Positions 28,382 to 39,143 are shown, counted from the first letter of the stretch. The stretch: 64,000 nt of DNA from an uncultured delta proteobacterium (GCA_963848295.1 CAWKDB010000010.1:2752001-2816000); one strand, 5' to 3'. The notes: generated by a model not told the origin, from the letters alone. A program made the numbers and translations.

Positions 28382-29600
28382 CGCCACCGCTATCCGGGTC
28401 GAGGGGCTGTCGAAGTCGTACACCGTCGGCGTACAACGCAAGCGCCACGACTTGTTATCCAAGCGCATCTTGGAAGGTTTGCGCGGCGTGTTGCGTCGCA
28501 GCCGGTCGAGCGAAGCATCCACGCACTGGGCGCTGCGCGACATCTCGCTCGAGATCAAGCAAGGCGACGTCGTCGCTCTGATCGGCCACAACGGTGCGGG
28601 CAAGAGCACCCTGCTGAAGATCCTCGCGAACATCACCGAGCCGACGTCGGGTTTTGCCGAGTTGCGCGGCCGCGTCGGCTCGCTCCTCGAGGTCGGCACC
28701 GGCTTTCACCCCGAGCTCACAGGGCGCGAAAACGTATATCTCAACGGCGCAATCCTCGGCATGTCCCGGGTCGAGATCGCTCGCGACTTCGACGAGATCG
28801 TTGCATTTGCGGAGGTCGAGAAATTCATCGACACCCCAGTCAAACACTACTCGAGTGGCATGCACATGCGACTCGCGTTCTCCGTCGCGACGCAGCTGCG
28901 CCCAGAGATCCTATTGATCGACGAAGTGCTCGCGGTCGGTGATGCATATTTTCAGCGAAAATGCCTCCAACGCATTCAGGACGTCGGGCGCAGTGATCGG
29001 ACGATCATCTTCGTCAGCCACAATATGGCGGCGATACGTTCGATCTGTCGCACCGCGATCGAGCTCCAAGGCGGCGAGATCGTGGCGCGCGGCGAGGTGG
29101 CATCGGTGGTCGATGCCTACCTATCACGCCAGCACGCGACAAGTATTGCAGTGCAGACCGCCGAATCCGATAGCTTCCGGCTCGAGAACGTCGAGCTGCG
29201 CGCGCCCGACGGAGCGATCATCAAGCCGTTCGAAGTGATGCAGATCCGCGTCCGCCTCGTCGCGAGGCGTGATGTCGCGGAGCCGGGCCTCGTGGCAAAA
29301 CTGCTTACCGCAAATCACGAGAGGATCACCGGTCTAGACTTCTGGAACTTCGGCTCGATCGGTCCTATGAGCGCCGGTGAAACGCGCGACATCGGCTTCG
29401 ACATCGAGGCGCTGCCGCTCCTACCCGGGACGTACTTCGTCGAGTTCGAGGTCAAGACGAAGGCGCGTGCGACCGAGCAGATGTCGCAGCTATTCCCGTT
29501 CGAGGTCGCGGAGACTCCTGTGTTCGGAACGCGCAAGCCTCAAGCGAAGCACGGCAGTATCGCGCTCAGGGTCCGCGTCGTCGGAGGGCGCTCGGATTGA
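28371..29600 (+). CDS. wzt: Polysaccharide ABC transporter ATPase with C-terminal Wzt_C-like domain
   Basis: GHNGAGKST, YSSGMHMRLAF, IDEVLAVGD, SH; ~150-aa beta-rich C-terminal domain. Confidence 0.95.
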   Translation: MSSDATAIRVEGLSKSYTVGVQRKRHDLLSKRILEGLRGVLRRSRSSEASTHWALRDISLEIKQGDVVALIGHNGAGKSTLLKILANITEPTSGFAELRGRVGSLLEVGTGFHPELTGRENVYLNGAILGMSRVEIARDFDEIVAFAEVEKFIDTPVKHYSSGMHMRLAFSVATQLRPEILLIDEVLAVGDAYFQRKCLQRIQDVGRSDRTIIFVSHNMAAIRSICRTAIELQGGEIVARGEVASVVDAYLSRQHATSIAVQTAESDSFRLENVELRAPDGAIIKPFEVMQIRVRLVARRDVAEPGLVAKLLTANHERITGLDFWNFGSIGPMSAGETRDIGFDIEALPLLPGTYFVEFEVKTKARATEQMSQLFPFEVAETPVFGTRKPQAKHGSIALRVRVVGGRSD

Positions 29601-30790
29601 AGCGTCTCGCACTGCTCGTCGTGGGTGTGAAATGGCCCCCGGAGTCTTTCATCTGGCGACGCCTCGTCCAACTCTCGGCGAAGGGAGTCGAGGTCTCGGT
29701 CGCGACACCGACTCCCGGAGCGCGGCCGATCTCGACGGCTCCGGATGTGCGACCGATCCCGATTCCCGATTACCGCGCTTCGATCGCGAGCACGGTGCCT
29801 CGGTTGGTCGCACAAGGTGTTGCCAGTGCGGTCCGTTCGGCGCGAGGACGCAGCTGGATGGCCAGCGCGCTCCGCCGGGGCCCGACTCGCGCAAACTATA
29901 GCGAGCTGCGTCGATTCTTACCGCTGATCGACCGTCGGCCCGACGTCGTCCACTTCGAGTGGATCACCGCCGCTATCGACCATCTGCCGCTGTGGTCGGT
30001 ATGGAATGTGCCGGTCGTCGTCAGCTGTCGCGGCACGCAAGTCAACGTCCGCGCACTCGCCGAGCCCGAGCTCGCGATGCGGATGCGCGATGTGTTCGCA
30101 CGCGCGACTGCCGTACATTGTGTGTCCCGCGCGATCCGCGACGTCGCGGTTCCTTTGGGCCTCGAGCCCGCGAAAGCAGTCGTGATCCCTCCGGCGGTCG
30201 ACCCCTCGGTTTTCTCGCCGGCGAGCGCCCCGCGTCGGCCCGACGGAGTGTTTCGGATCGCAGCGATCGGGTCGTGGACGTGGCCCAAGGGCCACGAGTA
30301 CATGCTGCTCGCGATACGCGGTCTACTCGATCGCGGCATCCGAGCGAAGGTCGTGATCGTCGGAACCGGGCCCGACCACCAACGGCTGCGCTTCACGATC
30401 AACGATCTCGGCCTCGATGATCATGTCGAGCTCGTCGGCGCGCTCGCTCCGAAGGACGTCGTCGCGACGCTACGTACGTGTGATGCACTGGTCCTAGCGA
30501 GCGTGTCCGAGGGAATCTCCAATGCGGTGCTCGAAGCGATGGCCTGCGGTCTCCCTGTCGTGACAACCGATTGCGGCGGCATGCGCGAGGTCGTCGACGA
30601 CGGCGTCGAGGGTTACGTCGTCCCGGTGCGAGATCCGCACGCGATGACAGGCGCGCTCGAACGCCTAGCGGCCGAGCCGCGAGCCAGGGCAGAGATGGGG
30701 AACGCCGGCCGCCGGCGGATCGAGTCGGCGCACATGCTCTCCGCTCAGACCGAGCAGTTCCTGCAGCTCTACGATCGGATTCGCGCGTGA
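29597..30790 (+). CDS. Glycosyltransferase family 4
   Basis: WPPESFI, WPKG.EY, SVSEGISNAVLEAMACGLPVV. Confidence 0.93.
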   Translation: MKRLALLVVGVKWPPESFIWRRLVQLSAKGVEVSVATPTPGARPISTAPDVRPIPIPDYRASIASTVPRLVAQGVASAVRSARGRSWMASALRRGPTRANYSELRRFLPLIDRRPDVVHFEWITAAIDHLPLWSVWNVPVVVSCRGTQVNVRALAEPELAMRMRDVFARATAVHCVSRAIRDVAVPLGLEPAKAVVIPPAVDPSVFSPASAPRRPDGVFRIAAIGSWTWPKGHEYMLLAIRGLLDRGIRAKVVIVGTGPDHQRLRFTINDLGLDDHVELVGALAPKDVVATLRTCDALVLASVSEGISNAVLEAMACGLPVVTTDCGGMREVVDDGVEGYVVPVRDPHAMTGALERLAAEPRARAEMGNAGRRRIESAHMLSAQTEQFLQLYDRIRA

Positions 30791-32019
30791 CGCGGATCGC
30801 GATGATCGTGCCTTCGTTCCCGCGACTTTCGGAGACGTTCATCGTCAACAAGCTGCTCGGGTTGCTGGACCGCGGCTACGACGCTCACATCGTTTGCCAC
30901 GCGAGCGAGGAACGTGAATGGCGACGGTTCCCTCAGCTCACCAGCCGCGAGTTGCGGAACCGGGTACACCTGACGTGGCCGATCGCACCGCGCTGGCGCG
31001 TACCGATGTCCGCGGTCGCCGCGGCGTGGTCGATCGGCGGGCGCGAACTGCGAGTCGCGACCCGATATGCGCGTCGGGCGTGGAAGACGTTCGGGCTCGC
31101 CGCGGCCAAGTCGCTCCTGCTCGAGGCTCGGCTGCTCGAGCTCGAGCCGGAGCTGCTCCATTTCGAGTTCGGCTCGGCCGCCCGGCAGCGAATCGTCATC
31201 AAGGATGTGATCGGAGCGCGAGTCATCGTGAGCTTTCGCGGTCACGATCTCAACTTCGTCGGACTCGACGATCCGCACCACTACGAGTCCGTCTGGCAAC
31301 GCGCCGACGCGATTCACTGTCTCGGCGAGGATCTCTGGCGACAGGCGATCCTGCGCGGTTGTCCACCTACGATGAAGCATGCGCTGATCTCGCCCGCGGT
31401 AGACCTCGCGCGGTTCTCGTCGTTGTCTCCGCGCGACCCGGGCGAGGTCGGAACCGCAGGTCGGCCCCTGCGTGTCATCTGCATCGGGCGGCTCGACTGG
31501 ACGAAAGGCTACGAGTACGCGCTGTCGGCTTTGCGTCGCGTGCTCGATGCAGGTGTCGCGTGCGAGCTACGCGTCATCGGCGGCGGTGAATTTCGCCCTG
31601 CTGTCGAGCACGCTCGCGCTCAGCTCGGCCTCGGAGCCGAGGTACAGCTGCTGGATGCCCTCGCGCCGGACGCGATCACGCAGCACCTCGGTTGGGCCGA
31701 CGTGATGCTTCATCTGGCCGTTACCGAGGGGTTTTGCAACGCGGTGATCGAGGCCCAGGCATCGGGGATTCCGGTGGTTTGCTCGGACGCCGGTGGCTTA
31801 CCGGAGAACGTCTCGCACGGTGAGACTGCCTTTGTCGTGGCGCGGCGCGACCCTCGCGCGGCGGCACATCATCTGGTCGCGCTCGCGGGCGACGGACAAC
31901 TCCGTCACCGGTTAGGAGCGGCCGGCCAGCAACGCGCCCGCGTGCGCTATCGGCTTGACGACCAAATTGACTCCTTCGATCGGCTGTATCGAGAGGTCTT
32001 GAGCTCGAATGCGCGTTGA
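30787..32019 (+). CDS. Glycosyltransferase family 4 (WcaL-like)
   Basis: FPRLSETFI, SFRGHD, EGFCNAVIEAQASGIPVV; GTG 30787 overlaps the upstream stop. Confidence 0.93.
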   Translation: MTRIAMIVPSFPRLSETFIVNKLLGLLDRGYDAHIVCHASEEREWRRFPQLTSRELRNRVHLTWPIAPRWRVPMSAVAAAWSIGGRELRVATRYARRAWKTFGLAAAKSLLLEARLLELEPELLHFEFGSAARQRIVIKDVIGARVIVSFRGHDLNFVGLDDPHHYESVWQRADAIHCLGEDLWRQAILRGCPPTMKHALISPAVDLARFSSLSPRDPGEVGTAGRPLRVICIGRLDWTKGYEYALSALRRVLDAGVACELRVIGGGEFRPAVEHARAQLGLGAEVQLLDALAPDAITQHLGWADVMLHLAVTEGFCNAVIEAQASGIPVVCSDAGGLPENVSHGETAFVVARRDPRAAAHHLVALAGDGQLRHRLGAAGQQRARVRYRLDDQIDSFDRLYREVLSSNAR

Positions 32020-33634
32020 TCTTTGCCTGATCGGTCCTGGCGATCGGTTCGAATGGCCGCATGGCGACATGATCGCCGCCGAGGCCACTCCGGCATCGGT
32101 CGCCGAGGCGATGACTGCCCAGCCGGCGCGGGATGCGAGCGCGTGTCTTTACTGGGACCCCGCGCTCGGGGTGCCTCGGATCGACGCGGCCTGGTTCGCG
32201 ACGCTGCGCGCCGAGGTCATTCACGGCGGCCTCGCGCTCAGCACTGCCGGACAGCCGGCGATCATCGACTACGTGCATCCGACGTGGATGTGGAATCGCG
32301 ATCCAGATGGCGCGATCGAGGCGACCTCGTGGCGAGCGAGCATGCGGGCATGTCTCGTCGCGACCGAGGTCGTGCGCCAGCTCGGAGGACTGCGTTGCGA
32401 ATTCCGAACGCTCGAAGCGGCCGCTCTCGAGCTCGGCCACCGCTATTTGCGACGCGGCGCGTTCGTCCGCTACGACCCGAGGCTAGCACCGCGCGGTCAG
32501 CAAGGAGTCGCCGCGTCGCTACCACTGTTCGACGAGATCCTGTTCGCGCGACTGCGCTACGGCGATTTCTGGACGCGATGGGCGATCGGCCGCGCACTCG
32601 TCACGGGCGAGCTTCCCGTCACCCAACTCGGGGATGCGCGCGCCGCGTTTCGAGTTGGACGGTCGCCCGAGCGGAAGTTCGTGCGGGCTCGCGAACCGCT
32701 CGGCCACTCCGTCTCCAGAGAGGCACGCGTCTCAGTCGTCTTGCCGACGATCGAGCGCTACACGTATCTGCGCACTCTGCTCGCCCAACTGGAGACCCAG
32801 ACCCACCGCGTTCACGAGGTCCTTATCGTCGACCAGACGACCGAGGCGAAGCGCGAGCACGGGCTCGTAGCGGAGTTCCCGACACTGCCGATCGTGCACG
32901 TGTTCAGAGACAACCCCGGACAGTGCAGCGCTCGCAATCACGCACTGCAGCTCGCGACAGGTGACTACGTGCTGTTCCTCGATGACGACAACGAGATCGA
33001 CCCTCATCTGGTCGAGCGCCATCTCGCGTGTCTCGCCATGAATCGCGCTGAAGTGTCATGCGGCGTCTCCATCGAAGACGGCGCCGGTGCTCTCGAAGAG
33101 CACATGCTAATCGAGCGAGCGAGCGACGTGTTCTCGACGAACAACGCGATGGTCAAGCGCGACGCGTTGCGCGCTTCAGGACTATTCGACGTCGCCTATG
33201 ATCGCCGACAATGCGAAGACGCCGACATCGGTGTTCGGCTCTATCTCGCTGGCGCGTTCGCCGTGCTCGACCCGCGCATGACGGTGATCCACCGCCACGC
33301 GCCGACCGGCGGATTGCGCGTTCATGGCACGCGCGTCGTCACTCGTGCTTCCTCGCGCACGAAGATCACCGATCGCAACCTGCCGAACCAATCCGAGGCG
33401 TACCTCGCGATGCGCTACTTCACCGCGCGCCAGGTACGGGAGATGTTGTTCTTGCGGACGTGGGGCACGATGCGAGTCAAAGGCGGATGGCTACGCCGCG
33501 GTATGAAGATGGCGTACTCGCTCGCCGTGTTGCCCGACACGATGCGTGTCGTTCGCGGCGCAGAGCGATCGGCGCGCGTCATGCTCGAAACGTTTCCGCA
33601 GATCGAGGAGCTCGACGTTAACGCTCGCCGATGA
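32009..33634 (+). CDS. Glycosyltransferase family 2 with extra N-terminal domain
   Basis: VSVVLPTIER, IVDQ, ARN, FLDDD, EDAD in the C-terminal half. Confidence 0.88.
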   Translation: MRVDLCLIGPGDRFEWPHGDMIAAEATPASVAEAMTAQPARDASACLYWDPALGVPRIDAAWFATLRAEVIHGGLALSTAGQPAIIDYVHPTWMWNRDPDGAIEATSWRASMRACLVATEVVRQLGGLRCEFRTLEAAALELGHRYLRRGAFVRYDPRLAPRGQQGVAASLPLFDEILFARLRYGDFWTRWAIGRALVTGELPVTQLGDARAAFRVGRSPERKFVRAREPLGHSVSREARVSVVLPTIERYTYLRTLLAQLETQTHRVHEVLIVDQTTEAKREHGLVAEFPTLPIVHVFRDNPGQCSARNHALQLATGDYVLFLDDDNEIDPHLVERHLACLAMNRAEVSCGVSIEDGAGALEEHMLIERASDVFSTNNAMVKRDALRASGLFDVAYDRRQCEDADIGVRLYLAGAFAVLDPRMTVIHRHAPTGGLRVHGTRVVTRASSRTKITDRNLPNQSEAYLAMRYFTARQVREMLFLRTWGTMRVKGGWLRRGMKMAYSLAVLPDTMRVVRGAERSARVMLETFPQIEELDVNARR

Positions 33635-34697
33635 GAATCGCCAAGCGCTTGCCGTAGTCGCGCACGACTGATCGCAAGAATGACGTGCCCCCCATGCGCC
33701 ACCGGCGGTGCAGGCGCACGAACAGATGCGCAGTCGAGCGCAGGGCGAGTCCACTGGCGCGTGCGCGATCGAGGAGTCGCACCGGCTCGCGGTCATACGC
33801 TAGCTCGTCGAGCTCGCGCTGAACAACGGCCTGACACAGCGCGAGCTCGGGTGAGGTCAACGTCTGCTGCCACCGCCCCACCGAGCTCGTGTAGATACCG
33901 TCCTTCGCCGGAGCGCCGTTCCATTCGGCGGAGTTCCCGCCGGTGGCGGCAAGCATTGCTGGCTCGAAGGGCATCTCCAGGAAATCACAGATCTGACGCA
34001 GCACCGACTCGGGATCCGCAACCAGGTGTTCGTACGAGATCCGCAACATCCGGTCGGGATGCTTCGCACGCGCCGCGCGACCGGCGGTGACCGCGGACTT
34101 CCAAGACAAGGCGTCCCACAGCGGGTCGTAAGCTTTTTCGAGGTGCTTGTACGCGCGCTCTTCGTCGCCATAGCGATCGGTCGACCAAACCGTCTCGCGG
34201 CGTGTCTTCTTCGACGCGAGAATGTCTCGAGGATCGCGCGTGATCTCTACGAACCTCGCGGTCGGGATCGATCGCAGGATCACCTCGATCTGAAATACGT
34301 GACTCGGCGTCTTCTCCATCCAACGCCCGCGACCGGCCCGCAAAGTCAGAAAATCAAACACGCGATAGAACACGTCGCCGTGGTCGCGACAATCGCCGAC
34401 TGCGTCGAGCGCGGCACCGAGCAGGGCATGGTCGGAACCGGAAACGTGAGCGCCGTGGAGCTGCGCGAGTTGAAACCCGTCGAGCAGGTTCTCTAGAGTG
34501 AACCCGACGAGGGCGCGGCGGGTTTCGAGATCGCCTAGGTCCGCGAACCTGTCCCGTATCCGCGGTAGGAATTCGAAGTACTTCGATTCGCCCTTGCTCG
34601 TGAACAGGAGCGAGCTCTGGCCAAGCGCCTTGTAGAGCAAGGTCGTGCCGGAATGCATGTAACCGACGACGAAGATAGGAGAAGTCGAAGGCGGCAT
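33618..34697 (-). CDS. Sulfotransferase (family 3-like)
   Basis: PIFVVGYMHSGTTLL, WMEKTP.H, RDPRDILAS, YEHLVADP, SVGRW. Confidence 0.92.
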   Translation of the reverse strand: MPPSTSPIFVVGYMHSGTTLLYKALGQSSLLFTSKGESKYFEFLPRIRDRFADLGDLETRRALVGFTLENLLDGFQLAQLHGAHVSGSDHALLGAALDAVGDCRDHGDVFYRVFDFLTLRAGRGRWMEKTPSHVFQIEVILRSIPTARFVEITRDPRDILASKKTRRETVWSTDRYGDEERAYKHLEKAYDPLWDALSWKSAVTAGRAARAKHPDRMLRISYEHLVADPESVLRQICDFLEMPFEPAMLAATGGNSAEWNGAPAKDGIYTSSVGRWQQTLTSPELALCQAVVQRELDELAYDREPVRLLDRARASGLALRSTAHLFVRLHRRWRMGGTSFLRSVVRDYGKRLAILIGER

Positions 34698-34721
34698 GCT
34701 GCGTGGCGTTGGCGAGCCCCA

Positions 34722-34750
34722 TGTCTAGCTTCGCGTTTCGACCCTGTCAA
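34722..34750 (-). promoter_or_regulatory. Putative sigma70-type promoter for the sulfotransferase
   Basis: Minus strand TTGACA, 17 bp, TAGACA; perfect -35 and weak -10. Confidence 0.3.
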
Positions 34751-34830
34751 TCGTGTGTTAGTTTGCCGACTTGCTCACCGGCCTTGAACGCCGCACGCGC
34801 CCGGCGCACTAACCCTTACCGCTCTCGCTC

Positions 34831-36240
34831 ATGGCCGAAACGATCTCCGCAGCCGCGCTGGTAGACGGACCAGAACCGGCGGCACTTCCAACGCCGCGTT
34901 ACAAGACCGCGCTCGGTTTCGGGGTCTTCGTCGTGGGCCACATGGCGCTCGCGCTCGTCATGCGCCGCGCGCCGATACTCGGGGTCGCGCATGCCCTGTT
35001 GTGCTTGTTCGGTGGCGTATTCGTGGCGTTGCGCTACCCGGCGCGGGTCACCGCGTTGGTCATCGCCTACGCGTCTGCCTCGGAGGTGCTGTGGCGCATG
35101 ACGCACGCAGCGTTGGTCTGGGAGTTTGGCAAGTACACCGTCTCCGCGATCATCATCGCTGCGCTGTTCCGCATGACCGCAAGACGAAATCGCGCTCCGG
35201 CGCTCATTTACCTCGTGCTGTTGTCGTTCTCGGTCGCGCTCACGGTCAGCGGCGCGACAGATCTCGATTACGCCAGACAGCTGATCAGCTTCAATCTATC
35301 GGGGCCGATCTCTCTCGCGCTCTGCATCATCTTCTTCTCGAATCTGAAGGTGACGGACAGCGATCTTCGCGAGCTGATGTTCATCGTGATCGGTCCGTTG
35401 GCGGGCATCGCGATGCTCGGGTTCTTCTCGATCAGCTCGCACGACAAGATCAGCTTTATCAACGCGTCGAATTCGGTCGCGAGCGGTGGCTTTGGTCCCA
35501 ACCAAGTCTCCGCCGTGCTCGGCCTCGGCGTGTTGGTCATCGTACTACTGCAGCTGCAACGGAAGATGAGGTGGCAGCTGCGCCTGCCGCTGATCTTGCT
35601 GGCCGTGTTTTTCGCGGCTCAGTCAGCGATCACGTTCTCGCGCTCAGGTCTTGCGATGGCGTTTGCGAGCTCGCTCGCCGCGATCGCCTACCTCGCGCGA
35701 GATGGCCGAACTCGAATCACGATCATCCTGCTTGCAACCGTGCTCGCGCTCGTCGGCAAGTTCGTCGTCGTGCCCGAGCTCGAGACGCTCACCAAAGGTA
35801 AGTTCGAACAGCGTTACAGCGAGGTCGAGACCGATGGTCGCACGAAGCTCATGAGGTACGACTTGGAGATCTTCTCCGAGCACCCCTTGCTTGGCGTCGG
35901 TCCAGGTATGGCGACCGAGCTACGCGACGAGCTCGGCCACCTCGGCGCGGCTCACACCGAGTTCACGCGCATGCTCGCCGAACACGGTATCGCCGGCGCG
36001 ATCGCATTGATCCTGATGGTCTCGATTTGGGTGCGAGTGTTCTTCGCGCCGAAGATCCTGCGCTACCGAGCGCTGGTCGCAGCGTTCTTGTCATGGGGAG
36101 TCCTGTTTTTGCTCATCGACGGCATGCGAACCGTGGCGCCGTCATTCGCGATCGGTGTCGCCTGCACGATCGCATATTCGTTCAATCCGAAGCGCGCCCT
36201 GAAAAGACGGCGACCGACGGCAGCTCGGATCTTTTCGTGA
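34831..36240 (+). CDS. O-antigen ligase/polymerase (Wzy_C) family membrane protein
   Basis: About 11-12 TM segments, GPNQ, TFSRSG, HPLLGVGPG, AHTEFTRMLAEHG. Confidence 0.88.
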   Translation: MAETISAAALVDGPEPAALPTPRYKTALGFGVFVVGHMALALVMRRAPILGVAHALLCLFGGVFVALRYPARVTALVIAYASASEVLWRMTHAALVWEFGKYTVSAIIIAALFRMTARRNRAPALIYLVLLSFSVALTVSGATDLDYARQLISFNLSGPISLALCIIFFSNLKVTDSDLRELMFIVIGPLAGIAMLGFFSISSHDKISFINASNSVASGGFGPNQVSAVLGLGVLVIVLLQLQRKMRWQLRLPLILLAVFFAAQSAITFSRSGLAMAFASSLAAIAYLARDGRTRITIILLATVLALVGKFVVVPELETLTKGKFEQRYSEVETDGRTKLMRYDLEIFSEHPLLGVGPGMATELRDELGHLGAAHTEFTRMLAEHGIAGAIALILMVSIWVRVFFAPKILRYRALVAAFLSWGVLFLLIDGMRTVAPSFAIGVACTIAYSFNPKRALKRRRPTAARIFS

Positions 36241-37265
36241 TCGCGCACAGCGCCTTGTTCGCGAGCAATTTCCTGTCTGGTGCAGGGCTCAACCGCGGCT
36301 ACTCGGAGGAGCTTGCCGATCGACTCGAAGCCCGCGGGTGGCAGATCACGCGGACGTCTGCAAAGCGCGCACGCACAGCACGCTTGATCGACATGGTCTA
36401 CACCACCGTCGCGCAGCGTCGAGCGTACGAGCTTGCTCACATCGACGTGTTCTCGGGCCCATCGTTCGTCTGGGCCGAGGCCGTCTGTTCGACGCTCCGC
36501 ACCCTGCGCAAGCCATACGTGCTGACGCTGCGCGGTGGGAATCTCCCAGTCTTCGCGCAACGCTGGCCGCGACGTACCCGTCGCCTATTCAACGCGGCTC
36601 GCCGCGTCACTGTTCCGTCGCGGTATTTGGGTGAAACCATGTCGCACTACCGGAGCGATCTTGCGGTCATTCCGAATGCGATCGACGTCGGTGCACATGC
36701 GTTCTCACTGCGGGCGTCGGCATCGCCGCGGCTGATCTGGGTCCGCGCGCTGCACGCCGTCTACAACCCGCTGCTCGCCGTCGAGGTGCTCGCACGTTTG
36801 GCACCACGGGGCGCCACGCTCGCGATGCTCGGGCCCGACAAGGACGGTTCGCGCGAGCTCGTCGCGAAGCGCGCAGCGGAGCTCGGCGTCAGCGATCGGT
36901 TAGAGCTCGTCGGACGAGTCAATAAGGCCGACATCCCGCGCTATCTGGCCAGCGCAGATATTTTTCTCAACACTACCAACATCGACAACACGCCGATCTC
37001 GGTGCTTGAAGCCATGGCGTCCGGCCTGTGCGTGGTCAGCACGTCGGTCGGTGGGATTCCGTTCTTGCTCACCCACGAACGTGACGCGTTGCTCGTCCCA
37101 CGCGATGACGTCGCTGCGATGGTCGTTCAGGTCGAGAGAGTTCTCGACGAGCCGGCTCTGTCTCGGGCGCTCTCGGCCGCGGCGCGCTCGTTTGCTGAGC
37201 AGTTCGACTGGACGCGAGTGCTTCACACTTGGGAGCTCCTATTCGACGAGGTCCGCCGTGGTTGA
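36237..37265 (+). CDS. Glycosyltransferase family 4
   Basis: IPNAID, NTTNIDNTPISVLEAMASGL, VGGIP. Confidence 0.92.
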   Translation: MIAHSALFASNFLSGAGLNRGYSEELADRLEARGWQITRTSAKRARTARLIDMVYTTVAQRRAYELAHIDVFSGPSFVWAEAVCSTLRTLRKPYVLTLRGGNLPVFAQRWPRRTRRLFNAARRVTVPSRYLGETMSHYRSDLAVIPNAIDVGAHAFSLRASASPRLIWVRALHAVYNPLLAVEVLARLAPRGATLAMLGPDKDGSRELVAKRAAELGVSDRLELVGRVNKADIPRYLASADIFLNTTNIDNTPISVLEAMASGLCVVSTSVGGIPFLLTHERDALLVPRDDVAAMVVQVERVLDEPALSRALSAAARSFAEQFDWTRVLHTWELLFDEVRRG

Positions 37266-37929
37266 CCTCAAGAGGTGCCTCGATGTCGCTTTGGCGGCTA
37301 CCGGGCTCTTCGCGACCGCGCCTCTCCTGGGCATGCTCGCTATCGCGATCAAATTGGACTCGCCCGGGCCCGTCGTATTTCTGCATACGCGGGTCGGGCG
37401 TGGAGGCCGTGCGATCCGCGTCGCGAAATTACGCACGATGTCGATCCACGCCGACACGCTCGGCCCCGCAGTAACTGCCGCGAGAGATCCGCGGATCACG
37501 CGAGTTGGGCGCTTGCTTCGCAGCACCAAGCTCGACGAGTTGCCGCAACTTTGGAACGTCTTGCGCGGCGAGATGAGTCTCGTCGGGCCGCGCCCCGAGG
37601 TGAGGCACTACGTCGAGCGCTACGAACCGCGGTGGCAGCGGCTCCTGACCGTCAGGCCCGGGCTCACGGATGTCGCCTCGCTCGCGTTTCGCGATGAAGA
37701 GCGCCTCCTCTCCGACGCCCGCGACCGCGAACGAGCGTACCTGGAGATCGTGCTGCCACTAAAGCTCGAGCTCGCGCTGTACGGTATCGATCACGCATCG
37801 GTGATCGATGACTTGCTCGTCATCGGTCGTACTGCGGCCGCGTTGCTGCGTCGCGATCTCGAGGAGGGGCCGGTCGTGGCCGAAGCACGGCGACGAATCC
37901 AAGCACTCAACGAGGCGAGCGAATCGTGA
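37258..37929 (+). CDS. Small polyprenyl-phosphate phosphoglycosyl transferase (PglC-like, Bac_transf)
   Basis: KRCLDV, IKLDSPGPV, KLRTM, DPRITRVG, KLDELPQLWNVLRGEMSLVGPRP. Confidence 0.95.
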   Translation: MVDLKRCLDVALAATGLFATAPLLGMLAIAIKLDSPGPVVFLHTRVGRGGRAIRVAKLRTMSIHADTLGPAVTAARDPRITRVGRLLRSTKLDELPQLWNVLRGEMSLVGPRPEVRHYVERYEPRWQRLLTVRPGLTDVASLAFRDEERLLSDARDRERAYLEIVLPLKLELALYGIDHASVIDDLLVIGRTAAALLRRDLEEGPVVAEARRRIQALNEASES

Positions 37930-39143
37930 CCGACGCCCTACGGATCCCGTTCTTTCGCCCGAGCATCACGGAGCGCGAAGTCGAGGATGTCGCGAGCTGT
38001 TTGCGATCCGGCTGGCTGACGACCGGCAAGATCACACGTGACTTCGAGCAAGAGTTCGCTAGCTTCGTCGGTGCCAAGCACGCAGTCGCAGTCAACTCGT
38101 GTACCGCGGCACTTCACCTCGCGCTCGAAGCGGTCGGCGTTACACGAGGTGACCTCGTGCTCGTCCCGACGATGACGTTTGCCGCGACCGCCGAGGTGGT
38201 CCGCTACTTCGATGCCACCCCGGTGTTCGTCGATTGCGACGACACGACGCTGTGCATCGATGTCGGGGCCGCCGAGCGCACGATCGAAGCGCTGTGCTCG
38301 GGAACGCCGGTGAAAGGCGTCGCCCTACCTCATGGCCGACTGCGTGCGATCATCGCGATGCACTACGGTGGGCAGATGGCCGAGGTCGATCGCGTGCGCG
38401 AGCTCGCTGCGCGCTACGACCTCGCGGTGATCGAGGACGCGGCGCACACCCTGCCCGCTTTCGCGCTCGACGCTGACGGAAAACAATGGCGATCGGTCGG
38501 CACGACCGCCGACATTACGTGCTTTTCGTTCTATGCGAACAAATGCATTACCACCGGCGAGGGCGGCATGGCCGTCACCGACAACGCGGCGTTTGCAGAC
38601 CGAATGCGATTGATGTCGCTGCACGGCATGTCGCACGACGCCTGGAAGCGCTACACGACGACGGGGTCCTGGTACTACGAAGTCGTCGCCCCCGGCTTCA
38701 AGTACAACATGACCGACATTGCGGCGGCGCTCGGTCGCGCACAGCTCGGTCGTGTCGACGAGCTCTGGGCGGCTCGCAAGTTCGTCGCTGCGGGATACCG
38801 AGAGGCGTTGTGCGACGTGCCTGGCATCGCGCTCCCGACCGAGCTCTCCGATCGTCGCCGCCACTCGTGGCACCTGTTTCAGATCCGGCTCGACGAGCGA
38901 GTGTGGCGCCAGGGTCGAGATCGCGTGATCGATCAACTCAAGGAGCTCGGGATAGGTACCTCGGTACACTGGCAGCCGCTTCACATGCAGCCGTATTATC
39001 GCGAACGGTACGGCCTGCAGCCCGATGATTTCCCTGTCTCGCGCCAGGCGTGGACCTCACTGATCAGCTTGCCAATCTACCCCGGTATGACGCGCGAGCA
39101 GATCGCGGAGGTCGCGAGCGCGCTTCGGTCGCTCCGTGAGTGA
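37926..39143 (+). CDS. DegT/DnrJ/EryC1/StrS sugar aminotransferase (PglE-like)
   Basis: SGWLTTG, NSCTAALHL, EDAAH, FSFYANKCITTGEGG. Confidence 0.95.
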   Translation: MTDALRIPFFRPSITEREVEDVASCLRSGWLTTGKITRDFEQEFASFVGAKHAVAVNSCTAALHLALEAVGVTRGDLVLVPTMTFAATAEVVRYFDATPVFVDCDDTTLCIDVGAAERTIEALCSGTPVKGVALPHGRLRAIIAMHYGGQMAEVDRVRELAARYDLAVIEDAAHTLPAFALDADGKQWRSVGTTADITCFSFYANKCITTGEGGMAVTDNAAFADRMRLMSLHGMSHDAWKRYTTTGSWYYEVVAPGFKYNMTDIAAALGRAQLGRVDELWAARKFVAAGYREALCDVPGIALPTELSDRRRHSWHLFQIRLDERVWRQGRDRVIDQLKELGIGTSVHWQPLHMQPYYRERYGLQPDDFPVSRQAWTSLISLPIYPGMTREQIAEVASALRSLRE

